Assembly: GCA_051532055.1 (NCBI GenBank)
Contig: JAOPTX010000015.1
Coordinates: forward strand, 1-60,170
Origin: Fibrobacterales bacterium
Lineage (GTDB): Bacteria; Fibrobacterota; Fibrobacteria; Fibrobacterales; JAOPTW01
Reading direction: 5' to 3'
DNA length: 60,170 bases
In this document: positions 1-9,448 of the stretch, piece after piece
Layout: each line of letters begins with the position of its first letter
Position numbering within the stretch: the first letter of the stretch is position 1
Translations under genes and position numbers: made by a program
Notes under the pieces: model-generated
What the model was told of the DNA's origin: nothing
The model's database searches: none
What the model saw: only the letters and a program-made list of their open reading frames with translations

Positions 1-52
1 ATTGTAAGGCCCTTTTCTTATTAAGAAAGTAAGTGAGTATTTTTGGGTATAT

Positions 53-1231
53 TTATTTGGTAAGAAAGTTTGAGACTTTCTCCATAACATTAAGAGTAGT
101 ATCAATCTCTGATTGAGTCAATGTTGGATGTACAAGTAAAATAATTGAATAAGTATCAAGGGCGAGTGCATTGGGTACTGGTTTTGATAATGAGAAGCCG
201 ATTGTTTCAAATGCTTTTTCGCGGTAGAGTTCAGAACACATGGTAAGGCATGGTACGCCATTCTGAATAAACATATCTTGAATCATTTGTCTATTTTTAT
301 CCCTAGTTAAAAACTGAGGGTCTATATTGAAAGAGCATTTATACCAGGCATGTTCAAGATATTGTGGTACTTCAATGGCAATAAACCCAACAAGTTCTGA
401 CGCCTTCTTTTGGATTTGAGTTGCATAATTGAGTCGTGAATGGTGCCAAGAATCCATTTGTGTCAACTGATAGCGCCCGATAGCTGATTGTATTTCAGTA
501 AGTCGCCAGTTCGTACCAAATGATTCGTGAAGCCATTTAAAACCCTTTTCGGTAGATTTTTTTGCTGCTTCAACAGCATCCCATGACTTTCCGTGATCCT
601 TATAGCTCCATACTTTTTTCCAGAGGGTTTCATCATTGGTTGTGACCATGCCTCCTTCACCACCGGTAGTCATTATTTTGTCTTGACAAAATGACCAACA
701 GCCAACATGACCGATTGAGCCAACACTCTTACCTTTGTATCGTGCACCATGGGCTTGAGCACAATCTTCTATCACATAAAAGTCATTTTTTTGTCCAAGG
801 CCCATGATTTCGTCCATGTCACAAGGGAAGCCACCAAGGTGTACGCAAATAACTGCTTTTGTTTTGGGGGTCATGACAGCTTCGATAGATTCTGGAGTAA
901 TGTTTTGACTGTTAAGATCTACATCAGCAAAAACGGGGGTTGCACCAGCAGTGACAATGGCACTTGCGGATGCAAGGAATGAACGAGAGGTTACAATGAC
1001 CTCATCTCCAGCGCTAACACCGAGTGCGATGAGGGCTAGGTCGAGTGCGACGGTACCATTGGCAACTGCGACCGCGTAGGCAGAGTCGGTGTAGGTTGCA
1101 AATTCTTTTTCAAAAGAGCGACCTTCAGTTCCTGTCCAATAGTTGACTTTGTTAGAAAGAAGTACCCGTTGAACAATGTTTGCCTCTTCTTGTGTATAAG
1201 AAGGCCATGGATTAAAAGGGGAGTTGAGCAT
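53..1231 (-). CDS. DegT/DnrJ/EryC1/StrS PLP-dependent sugar aminotransferase (PglE-type; resembles Neisseria PglC)
   Basis: Motifs NGTVALDLAL, IEDCAQAHGA and PLP-lysine SFCQDKIMTTGGEGG; last gene of the sugar transferase-acetyltransferase operon. Confidence 0.93.
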   Translation of the reverse strand: MLNSPFNPWPSYTQEEANIVQRVLLSNKVNYWTGTEGRSFEKEFATYTDSAYAVAVANGTVALDLALIALGVSAGDEVIVTSRSFLASASAIVTAGATPVFADVDLNSQNITPESIEAVMTPKTKAVICVHLGGFPCDMDEIMGLGQKNDFYVIEDCAQAHGARYKGKSVGSIGHVGCWSFCQDKIMTTGGEGGMVTTNDETLWKKVWSYKDHGKSWDAVEAAKKSTEKGFKWLHESFGTNWRLTEIQSAIGRYQLTQMDSWHHSRLNYATQIQKKASELVGFIAIEVPQYLEHAWYKCSFNIDPQFLTRDKNRQMIQDMFIQNGVPCLTMCSELYREKAFETIGFSLSKPVPNALALDTYSIILLVHPTLTQSEIDTTLNVMEKVSNFLTK

Positions 1232-1234
1232 AAG

Positions 1235-1849
1235 TTAGCGATTCCGTATGAGTTGTTTTGGGGTGTCGGCAAGTAATAGATTGTCAGCTACGTTTTTTCT
1301 GATAATTGAACCAGCGCCAATCATGACATTCTTTCCAATAGTTATGCATTGTACCGTACAGGAGCCGATACCGACCCATGTTTCAGTGCCAATAGTCACT
1401 TCACCTGCAATATTCACCCCGGGACAAATATGTACGGCAGCGCCAATAACAGAATCGTGATCGACGGTTGCACCGGTATTAATGATAGTTGCATTACCTA
1501 AGGAAACATCAATATTTATTATAGCTCCAGCCGCAATAAATATTCCACGGCCCAGTGAAATACTGGGACTGACAATAGCTTTGGGGTGAATAATATTTAC
1601 AGGCGAGAGCCCTTTATTTATGAGGGCGGTATAAATGGTATTGCGAGTACTATTGTTGCCGATAGCAACAATAAAGTCAACGCCAGTGGGGGCGTCAGAG
1701 ATGGTTCCTGATACAGGCCATGCTCCGCAATGGGTAACACCAGTGTCATCATCTAAAAAAACGATAGATTTCCAGCGCTTCATAAGAGAGGCGGCTTCTG
1801 CAACTACTTTTCCATGTCCACCACCGCCGGCGATATAAAGGGTACTCAT
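1235..1849 (-). CDS. pglD: UDP-amino-sugar N-acetyltransferase, PglD/NeuD family
   Basis: GGGGHGKVV N-terminus, VAIGNN, hexapeptide repeats and VDHD catalytic His; 4-bp overlap with the upstream gene. Confidence 0.88.
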   Translation of the reverse strand: MSTLYIAGGGGHGKVVAEAASLMKRWKSIVFLDDDTGVTHCGAWPVSGTISDAPTGVDFIVAIGNNSTRNTIYTALINKGLSPVNIIHPKAIVSPSISLGRGIFIAAGAIINIDVSLGNATIINTGATVDHDSVIGAAVHICPGVNIAGEVTIGTETWVGIGSCTVQCITIGKNVMIGAGSIIRKNVADNLLLADTPKQLIRNR

Positions 1850-2451
1850 ATATTCTCCTTAGAAGGACTGCCTGTAAATTTGTTCATAGTGGCCTCTCCC
1901 TCTGCAGAGATGCCTTCTTTCACAAATACCTTTTTAACAGTCATTAAGAGAATTTTAACATCAAGCCAAAAGGTGCGATTCTCAACATACCAAACGTCGA
2001 GATCAAATTTATCTTCCCATGAAAGTGAATTACGGCCATTAATCTGCGCCCAGCCAGTGACACCAGGTCGTACAGTGTGCCGTTTTTTTTGAGTTTCGTT
2101 ATACAGGGGGAGATATTCCATAAGAAGAGGTCTGGGACCAACAAGACTCATTTCACCCTTGAGAACATTGAGAAGTTCGGGAAGTTCATCAAGTGAGCTA
2201 TTACGAAGTTTAATACCAAATGAAGTGAGTCGATCACTATCGGGTAATAGGTTGCCTGATGAATCACATTCGTTCGTCATAGAACGAAATTTATACATAT
2301 CAAAGGGGAAATCGTTTTTTCCGGGGCGTTGCTGCTTAAAAAGAACGGGGGACCCATGGTAATGTCGATTGACAAAATAAAGAATAATAAGGAGCGGCCA
2401 CAGGGTTGTACCAATGCCGATCACGCACACTATATCGAATAATCGTTTCAT
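1846..2451 (-). CDS. pglC: Monotopic undecaprenyl-phosphate phosphoglycosyl transferase (PglC type)
   Basis: KRLFD, KFRSM, SLDELPEL, MSLVGPRP and RPGVTGWAQINGRN motifs; start moved to the ATG of MKRLFD. Confidence 0.9.
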   Translation of the reverse strand: MKRLFDIVCVIGIGTTLWPLLIILYFVNRHYHGSPVLFKQQRPGKNDFPFDMYKFRSMTNECDSSGNLLPDSDRLTSFGIKLRNSSLDELPELLNVLKGEMSLVGPRPLLMEYLPLYNETQKKRHTVRPGVTGWAQINGRNSLSWEDKFDLDVWYVENRTFWLDVKILLMTVKKVFVKEGISAEGEATMNKFTGSPSKENI

Positions 2452-2557
2452 GTATCCAAAGGTAAAAAAATAAAATAGCATTGTAATAAATCGGTGACCC
2501 TTAGGGAGTGATGTTCAAATTTTATACATTTGTGAAACGAAAAGGTAAGTAGGGTCC

Positions 2558-3628
2558 ATGATTAAAAGTTGTATTCTCATTTTAGTTTTCAGCATGATAC
2601 TTTCAGCGAAAGTGGTTGAATTTAGCCCTTTTGTTGATAAAGGACTATTCAATAGTTATACGTACTTTAAGTTTAAAGCGACTGAAGGCTTTGAGGAGAA
2701 TGCTAATGGTGATTTTAATCAGCACTATATAAAAAGTAAACTCCAGTATCCAATAGATTATTATAGAGTAGGCGCGTCCCTTAAACTTTTTTTAACTCAA
2801 ATAGGGTATGTCGTTTTGGGAGGGTGGGCGAATATTTCAGAGGCTGATTCAACGATGTCGGATGATGACTGGGTTGGTGTTGAAAATTTAGGTGGTCAGT
2901 TTCTCGAACGTAAAAATATCCATTCTAACTCTCGAGTAGAAACAAGCAATTTTGGCGTGACTTTTGGTTTTGGGTGGCAGATTAATAAGCTTAAAAGAGA
3001 ATTTGACATCTCATTAATGTATGATGGGTCTTTTCTTGAATATGAAGCATATGGGCTCTCTGGCTGGATTTTAGATGACTATACCAAAATGAATCCAGAT
3101 ACTATTACCATGGTTCCTGCAAATGTAGGTATTGATGACAATTCAAAAGTGTTAACCTACACGGCAAATCATCATAGAATACTGTTTAACCTTTATTTTC
3201 CACTCATTAATTTTAAGAAAGTAGAATTGTTACGTACAGGAATAACTGCTGGTGCGGTATATGTGTCTGATAAAGATACTCATCCATTTAAAGGTCCCCA
3301 TAAGACAGCAATGTCAACCTCAGAAGGGCTAGGGTATGTTGTTGGGACAGCGCTTGCTGTTAGAATTAAGCCCAATAACCATTTTGCATTTGAATTAGGG
3401 TGGTATCCTGAGCTCAGTGTTATTGAGAATACTCTGTATCAAAAACAATATGAAGAAGTTACCGACCAATCCTATCAAGGGATGGATCTAACGGGGTTGC
3501 GATACCGTGGTAAGGTGACTAAAAATGGTACCGAATATCATGTCTTAGAAAAAGCGTTAATTGGTTTTGAGAATAGTGTCGTCTATTTTAATAAACCTAT
3601 AAGAGCTTCTTTAATTCTCTCTTTTTAA
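2558..3628 (+). CDS. Omptin-like outer-membrane beta-barrel protease
   Basis: Signal peptide, SKLQYP, MSDDDW (Asp pair), DKDTH (Asp-His dyad), alternating beta-strand pattern, C-terminal Phe. Confidence 0.62.
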   Translation: MIKSCILILVFSMILSAKVVEFSPFVDKGLFNSYTYFKFKATEGFEENANGDFNQHYIKSKLQYPIDYYRVGASLKLFLTQIGYVVLGGWANISEADSTMSDDDWVGVENLGGQFLERKNIHSNSRVETSNFGVTFGFGWQINKLKREFDISLMYDGSFLEYEAYGLSGWILDDYTKMNPDTITMVPANVGIDDNSKVLTYTANHHRILFNLYFPLINFKKVELLRTGITAGAVYVSDKDTHPFKGPHKTAMSTSEGLGYVVGTALAVRIKPNNHFAFELGWYPELSVIENTLYQKQYEEVTDQSYQGMDLTGLRYRGKVTKNGTEYHVLEKALIGFENSVVYFNKPIRASLILSF

Positions 3629-3738
3629 GAGCATCACTAATTTTAAAAACTCTGTAAAATAGCAGTTAAAGAGCCTCAAATAGAAAGACTTATTTTCTAT
3701 TTTAGCCCCATAATTACCTGTTTGATTTTGAGGACTCC

Positions 3739-4692
3739 ATGTCACAACCAGCTAGCCTAGCAATTGTTATTCCCTGTTATAACGAAGAGAGTATGCTTCC
3801 GATTACTGTCGAAAAAATGACAGAAAAAATAGAGAGTTTAAAAGCACAGAATCTCGTAAATGACAATTCCAAAATGTATTTGGTTGATGACGGCTCAAAA
3901 GATAAGACATGGGAAATGATAAATGAGTATTCCCAGTCTAATCAGTATGTGGTTGGAGTAAAGCTTTCTCGAAATCAAGGGCACCAAAATGCGTTGATGG
4001 CTGGCCTTTTCAGTACTATTGAAGACATGACTATCTCTATTGATGCTGATCTTCAAGATGATGTCGATGTTATGGATACAATGATTCAGCACCATTATGA
4101 TGGCTGTGAAATTGTGTATGGTACTCGTTCAAGTAGAAAGAGCGATACCTTTTTTAAGCGATTTACAGCTGAAGGTTACTATAAGCTCCTTAATAAATTG
4201 GGTGTTGAAGTTGTGTTTAACCATGCTGATTATCGCTTTATGTCACGAGTAGCTATCGAAGCACTCAGTGGCTACAAAGAAACGAACTTGTTTCTTCGTG
4301 GCATTATCCCACAACTGGGATATAAAACCGCAGAAGTAAGTTATAGCCGTGCAGAGCGTGTTGCAGGTGAATCAAAATACCCATTAACAAAAATGCTCCG
4401 CCTTGCATGGCAAGGCGTAACGTCGTTTTCTAACATGCCCCTTAGGTTTGTAACCTCAATGGGAGTATTTGTCTGTATTGTATCAGTACTCCTCATACTC
4501 TGGGTTCTCTACATAAGATTCTTAACACAGAGTTCAGCACCAGGTTGGGCGTCGACCCTTGTTCCTTTGTTCTTTATTGGCGGCGTACAGCTTCTTGGAA
4601 TTGGAATTATAGGGGAGTATATCGGTAAGATCTACTCAGAGATCAAAGCCCGCCCACGGTACTTTGTAGAAAAACTTTCAGGAAGAAAATAA
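3739..4692 (+). CDS. GT2 polyprenol-phosphate glycosyltransferase (GtrB/DPM1-like)
   Basis: VIPCYNEE, VDDGSKD, LSRNQGHQNAL, IDADLQD, two C-terminal TM helices, IGEYIGKIY..RPRY. Confidence 0.92.
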   Translation: MSQPASLAIVIPCYNEESMLPITVEKMTEKIESLKAQNLVNDNSKMYLVDDGSKDKTWEMINEYSQSNQYVVGVKLSRNQGHQNALMAGLFSTIEDMTISIDADLQDDVDVMDTMIQHHYDGCEIVYGTRSSRKSDTFFKRFTAEGYYKLLNKLGVEVVFNHADYRFMSRVAIEALSGYKETNLFLRGIIPQLGYKTAEVSYSRAERVAGESKYPLTKMLRLAWQGVTSFSNMPLRFVTSMGVFVCIVSVLLILWVLYIRFLTQSSAPGWASTLVPLFFIGGVQLLGIGIIGEYIGKIYSEIKARPRYFVEKLSGRK

Positions 4693-4712
4693 TTCTACAA
4701 ATCATAAGTATT

Positions 4713-4750
4713 AAAAAAGGCCTATTTCAGAAATGAGATAGGCCTTTTTT
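4713..4750. terminator. Bidirectional intrinsic terminator
   Basis: AAAAAAGGCCTATTTCA-GAAA-TGAGATAGGCCTTTTTT: stem with A/U tracts on both sides, just after the GT2 stop. Confidence 0.85.
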
Positions 4751-4823
4751 GTGTGAGTAGGCATAGCGGTATTGTTTCAAATATATTTAATTTTTTAACA
4801 AAGGCATATTCGCCACAAAAGGG

Positions 4824-4951
4824 TGTGATACGATTTTTTATAGAGAAACTAAATAACTATCGCAGTGGAGTGAAGGTTTGATCCTGAACGGTAAAGTTGG
4901 ATACCTGACTGGCCTTCGGGTTCGCTGCGGGTCTGGGGGTACGTAGTCACA
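4824..4951. other. GC-rich long imperfect hairpin (candidate ncRNA or small non-autonomous element)
   Basis: Nested pairings 4824-4832/4942-4951, 4861-4869/4921-4929, 4872-4878/4911-4917, 4881-4884/4899-4902; 51 G+C in 90 nt (4861-4950) inside AT-rich intergenic DNA. Confidence 0.45.
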
Positions 4952-5072
4952 AGAATGTTAAAATAGCAAATAACCTCAAACTATAGAGAAAGGTTATTTA
5001 GGGCAATAAATGAGTATATGGTTACTCTATGTACAGGAGTAAAAGTAACCTAAATATAAAGAAGAAAATACC

Positions 5073-6830
5073 TTACAGCTTTATCTTAAAGTCATGAGGT
5101 AAATGATTGAACTCAGGAATGATGTATTTCAGCTGGGCAATTTTGTCATCGACAGTAAGAAGTTGCTCAATGTCATGGGTGAGTTTTTCAAGATCATACT
5201 CTGTTGAGTGGCCAACCATAATTGATTCATACTGAGTCTTTTTGTCAGCATCACTCGTTATGAGCTCTTCGTAGAGTTTTTCACCGGGACGCAGCCCAAC
5301 AAACTCAACTTCTAGATCATCACGGCCAGTGAGCTCAAGCATCTTGTTGGCGAGATCTACAATTTTCACCGGTTTACCCATATCGAGGATAAAAACTTCT
5401 CCACCAGAGGCGATTGATGCTGCTTGAAGAACAAGTTCACACGCTTCTGAGATTAACATAAAATATCGAGTGATGTCTGGGTGTGTCACAGTTAAGTTTT
5501 GTCCAGAAGATATTTGTTGCTTAAATTTAGGAATTACTGATCCAGATGATCCGAGTACGTTACCAAAGCGCACAGCAACAATATCTGTTTTACCACGGCC
5601 ATTAGAGTTCTGGGCATAGAGCTCACATATTCGTTTTGTTGCACCCATAACATTGGTTGGGTTAACTGCTTTGTCTGTAGAGATGAGTACGAATTTCTCA
5701 ACACCATGTTTAATAGAGAGGTCGATGCAATTTTGTGTACCAATAACATTGTTAAAAATTGCAGCCTCTTGGTTAAACTCAACAAGAGGCACATGTTTAT
5801 ATGCTGCCGCATGGAGTACTATCTCAGGTTTAAATGTTTTAAAAATATTTTCGAGGCTCTTTTTGTTTACCACCGACTGCATCACCGGGTAGCATGCAAC
5901 GTTGGCGCCAATCTCTTCGTGAAGTGTGTAGATATTAAATTCTGAATGATCAAGCAAGATAAGCTTTTTAGCATTAAATTTCGCACATTGCCGTACGAGC
6001 TCACTTCCAATTGATCCACAGGCTCCAGTAATTAAAATTGTTTTTCCACTAATGAAATTTTTGATCTGATCCATGTCGAGGTCTTTAGGGCGTCTGGTGA
6101 GGAGCTCTTCAACAGAAACTTCTTTAAGGCCTTTGGCCCATGATTCATTTTCAACAAGAATACTTTTACTGGGGAGAATTTTAATCTGTTTAAAATAAGG
6201 TTTCAGGCGCACCATTCTGTTTTTAACTCGCGATCGAGATAGGCGAGGAATAGCAATCACCAACATGTCTTTCTTAGGCATTCCTTTGAGTCTCTCTTGT
6301 GACTGTTTAAGAGAGAGAATACGGGTACCGTCAATTGAGGTGCGTTGAGCGCGTTTTGAATCATCCACAAACCAAGAAACCTTGTAGCCTCGGCCTCTTA
6401 ATTTATTTCTGAGAAGTATGCCACTTTCACCGGCACCATAGATGATTGCACTTTTTTTGTCACGACTTTTAATGTACTTCCAGTAACGGTAAGTGTATAT
6501 GATGGTAAGTTCGAGGAAGGTGTAGAAAACGAGGTCAGTAAAGAGAACGCGGAATCCAGTGGATTCAAGATTGAGTAAGATGATAGAGTATATACAAAAA
6601 GCAAAAGAGTTCATGAGCACTTTTATAAATGCTGCTATTGATGAGGCTTTTGTCCACGAAAGAATTGAGTCGTTATACCAGAAAAAAGAAACGATTATTC
6701 GTGTTGCAGGGATAATAAGGAAGGCGAGGTAGTTTGCAGGAAGTCTGAGGAGCCACGTGACGTAGAGAAGTACGAGCGTTGAAAGGAGTAATTTGAATAA
6801 TGAATTTGCAAATTGGTTATTTCTGAGCAT
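5073..6830 (-). CDS. pglF: UDP-GlcNAc 4,6-dehydratase (PglF/CapD family)
   Basis: N-terminal TM helices, IYGAG, ITGACGSIGSEL, HAAAYKHVP, ISTDKAVNPTNVMGATKR, GLRPGEKLYEEL. Confidence 0.93.
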   Translation of the reverse strand: MLRNNQFANSLFKLLLSTLVLLYVTWLLRLPANYLAFLIIPATRIIVSFFWYNDSILSWTKASSIAAFIKVLMNSFAFCIYSIILLNLESTGFRVLFTDLVFYTFLELTIIYTYRYWKYIKSRDKKSAIIYGAGESGILLRNKLRGRGYKVSWFVDDSKRAQRTSIDGTRILSLKQSQERLKGMPKKDMLVIAIPRLSRSRVKNRMVRLKPYFKQIKILPSKSILVENESWAKGLKEVSVEELLTRRPKDLDMDQIKNFISGKTILITGACGSIGSELVRQCAKFNAKKLILLDHSEFNIYTLHEEIGANVACYPVMQSVVNKKSLENIFKTFKPEIVLHAAAYKHVPLVEFNQEAAIFNNVIGTQNCIDLSIKHGVEKFVLISTDKAVNPTNVMGATKRICELYAQNSNGRGKTDIVAVRFGNVLGSSGSVIPKFKQQISSGQNLTVTHPDITRYFMLISEACELVLQAASIASGGEVFILDMGKPVKIVDLANKMLELTGRDDLEVEFVGLRPGEKLYEELITSDADKKTQYESIMVGHSTEYDLEKLTHDIEQLLTVDDKIAQLKYIIPEFNHLPHDFKIKL

Positions 6831-7082
6831 AGTCCTTCAGTCACTTTTGTTGTGGAGAAAACTATCTTAAAATGTATCCCCCTGTTAAGCCGATAAATAT
6901 AAAAATAAAGAGAGGGGATCAATTTTATTTTGTGCAAAAAAAACGTTACAATTGAGCACTCTATCAAGGTTGACATTATTTGGTTACTCTGTTTGTTGCT
7001 GGTAGAAGATGAGTGAATGCTTCATTTAAGCTAAAAACAGTTAATTACCACAAAGGGTGTGAGTTTTTTTATTCTTCACTCT

Positions 7083-8882
7083 ATGGCTCCTACTCCTTTT
7101 GATCAAATTGCTCAGCAAAATAAAATTGCTGCACACTCTTTTCAGTATTGCGAAACAGTACTTGAAACGCTCGTAACGCACGTAACTGACCGTACAGTCA
7201 CAAAGAGTGTGTCTCAGCCAAAATATAAAGTAGTACTCTTTGCCTTGAGAGAGCTACATGTTCCCGTGTTATTGCCTGTCTATAAAGAGCTATTGCAGTT
7301 TCCTGATATTGATGTTGGGTTTATGGCTCCAGTATTTAAGGATAAAAATGGTGAGGTGGCAGAAGAGGGGCTTCGAGAAAAAACTATTGCACAGCTTTTA
7401 GAAAAAGGCATACCATTTTGGGGGCACGAAAAAAGTCAAATCTATAATTGTGTTGTGACAGCAGATGTGTGTCATGATCGCGTAGATGCCTGGGGGCCCG
7501 TAGTTTGTGTGGGGCATGGTACTATCAGTAAAAACATTTACTTCATAGATAATCCATTTGTGCGCCGCGAAAGTTTTGCAACGGTACTGTGTGTGCCCGG
7601 GCCGTGGTATGTCAATGCTTTTGGTGGACAGGTAAAATGCCGCATTGAGCCGACGGGGTTCACCAAGATGGATGAGCTCGCAAAAGATTATACACCCTTT
7701 AAGTTTACCTACTTTAAAGAGATAGGGTTCGTTAATACGAGAAAAACAATTCTCTTTGTACCAACCTTTAATGATGAATTAACGGTTATGGATATGCTTC
7801 TTGAGTATTGGCAAAAGCTTGATCCTAATAAATACCAAATACTTATTAAACTCCACGGTGCCGCTTCTGAAGAATGGCGGAGTAATTATAAAAATGTAGC
7901 CCATGCCCAATCGAATATACACTATGTAGAAGATGCATCAATTGTTCCCTATATGAAAATTGCAGATGTTGTGGTTTCGGACCTTTCGTCCGCTTATTTA
8001 GAAAGCTATGTACTCGATGTACCGGTGTTGGTTGGTAATAACCCTCAGCTTAAAACGTGTGCTTTTTATAATCCAAAAGCTGTTGAGTTTTTGGCACGAG
8101 AAGCGGCCTATCAATTTAACTCTGGTGATGAGTTTCTTACCCTTATTGCATCACTTGAGCAGGGTGATCCCATGGCTCAAAAACGCCGCGAATTTTGTAG
8201 TCAGCTTTTTATGGATATTGATGGAAAGAACTCGTGGCGCGTTGCTCAAATTATTGATAAAGTAGTGCGAAAGGAATATGAATTTTCCCTCGAAAAAAAG
8301 AGTGAACTCACTCTGTATATTCCCGAAGTTATTGAATCCATGGAGACGATTGTCGAGACGGTTAGAAATCTCCATAAGCCTATTACTATTGTAACCCACA
8401 ATAAGTCTCTTAACGCAATTGATGGGCAGGAAGTGCAGCAGTTAAGTTCGGGTCAAACACCCCCTCAGCCATTTATGACCCTAACAGGCTCAATGCGGTT
8501 TGCAACAGAAGTTGATAAAATTTGGCAATTGCAACAGCAATGGAATACGCCTGCAGGTATTGAAGGGCCCTTATTGAATGCCCGTCCAAACAACCTCTAT
8601 CAGCAGCATCATTTATTAACCACTCAACGAGTGAATGCTTTACCCAGTGAGCTGCATATTTACTTTAAGCATCTCTATTTTCATTATACTTTTCCGGTTG
8701 AAATGCTCTTTCTAGATGGGATGGTGATAACCGATCAAGTGCCGCAAAACATCGTGGCAGAATGGCTGCCCAAACTCACTAATGTCGATCAGCTCTATGC
8801 GTTTGCCACAGTTGTTAGAGGGCTTTCATTGCCGGTGCGAGTCATGGGGGGCCTCTATGGAGCACACCCCGAAGATTATTAA
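7083..8882 (+). CDS. CDP-glycerol glycerophosphotransferase (TagB/TagF-like) with extra C-terminal domain
   Basis: VCVGHG, GFTKMD, ILFVPTF, IKLHG and ADVVVSDLSSA motifs; about 200 aa C-terminal extension. Confidence 0.78.
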   Translation: MAPTPFDQIAQQNKIAAHSFQYCETVLETLVTHVTDRTVTKSVSQPKYKVVLFALRELHVPVLLPVYKELLQFPDIDVGFMAPVFKDKNGEVAEEGLREKTIAQLLEKGIPFWGHEKSQIYNCVVTADVCHDRVDAWGPVVCVGHGTISKNIYFIDNPFVRRESFATVLCVPGPWYVNAFGGQVKCRIEPTGFTKMDELAKDYTPFKFTYFKEIGFVNTRKTILFVPTFNDELTVMDMLLEYWQKLDPNKYQILIKLHGAASEEWRSNYKNVAHAQSNIHYVEDASIVPYMKIADVVVSDLSSAYLESYVLDVPVLVGNNPQLKTCAFYNPKAVEFLAREAAYQFNSGDEFLTLIASLEQGDPMAQKRREFCSQLFMDIDGKNSWRVAQIIDKVVRKEYEFSLEKKSELTLYIPEVIESMETIVETVRNLHKPITIVTHNKSLNAIDGQEVQQLSSGQTPPQPFMTLTGSMRFATEVDKIWQLQQQWNTPAGIEGPLLNARPNNLYQQHHLLTTQRVNALPSELHIYFKHLYFHYTFPVEMLFLDGMVITDQVPQNIVAEWLPKLTNVDQLYAFATVVRGLSLPVRVMGGLYGAHPEDY

Positions 8883-8887
8883 ATGCG

Positions 8888-9448
8888 TTAAACTTCTTGA
8901 GAAAGTACGTCTTGCGCTATAACTTTACAGAGCGAATTTGAGTGAGAGTAATTCCCCCAAAGGGTATGATGAGTCATAAAGGTCTCTCTTTTTGTAGCAT
9001 AAATTGGGGAGTCTACAACGGGAACTCTGACTGATTCACCAGTATTGGTCTGTTGAATATAGGCGGTAAGGTTGGCCAGAGTCATGTCTTGTGGAGGCGG
9101 ATACTTGTCGGCTTTTAGATGATTAATGAGTGCTGAGAGTTTTGCACCATTGTGAGTAGTGAGCATGCCCACAAGGTCAGGTGAGTCAGCGACATCAAAT
9201 TGCCGAAATAGAGATGATTCCCAGGGTTTACAGAGAGTTGCGGCTCGTTGAAATATTAAGAGATAGGGATTGCGGCTCTTTGCAAGTATCGCCATCAGCT
9301 GGTCGTTAGTACTAAAGAGGATTATGGACTCAGGGTAAGGATTAGTTCCGTCATTAAAGGCGATGATACGACATCCTGGAGTAATACCTGCCTGAATTGC
9401 CTGTAGTTCTTGTGGGTTCATGTTTTTCTGCAAAATGAGATCGTACAT
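8888..9448 (-). CDS. Hypothetical protein, possibly a degenerate GT2-like domain
   Basis: 186-aa ORF coupled (1-bp overlap) to the YkgJ gene; pattern PYLLIF..W..LF..PDLVG..KRETF. Confidence 0.6.
   Translation of the reverse strand: MYDLILQKNMNPQELQAIQAGITPGCRIIAFNDGTNPYPESIILFSTNDQLMAILAKSRNPYLLIFQRAATLCKPWESSLFRQFDVADSPDLVGMLTTHNGAKLSALINHLKADKYPPPQDMTLANLTAYIQQTNTGESVRVPVVDSPIYATKRETFMTHHTLWGNYSHSNSLCKVIAQDVLSQEV

Noticed and set aside
4861..4951. tRNA-Sec, SRP RNA or a known riboswitch
   Set aside because: No TTCGA T-loop or CCA cloverleaf, no paired CAGG/AGCA SRP loop, and no complete SAM, B12 or TPP motifs; it also lies between convergent genes
4793..4963. Integron attC site (TTTTAAC...GTTAAAA flanking the hairpin)
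   Set aside because: R-to-L box spacing is asymmetric (about 24 versus 5 nt), the boxes deviate from RYYYAAC/GTTRRRY, and there is no integrase or cassette array
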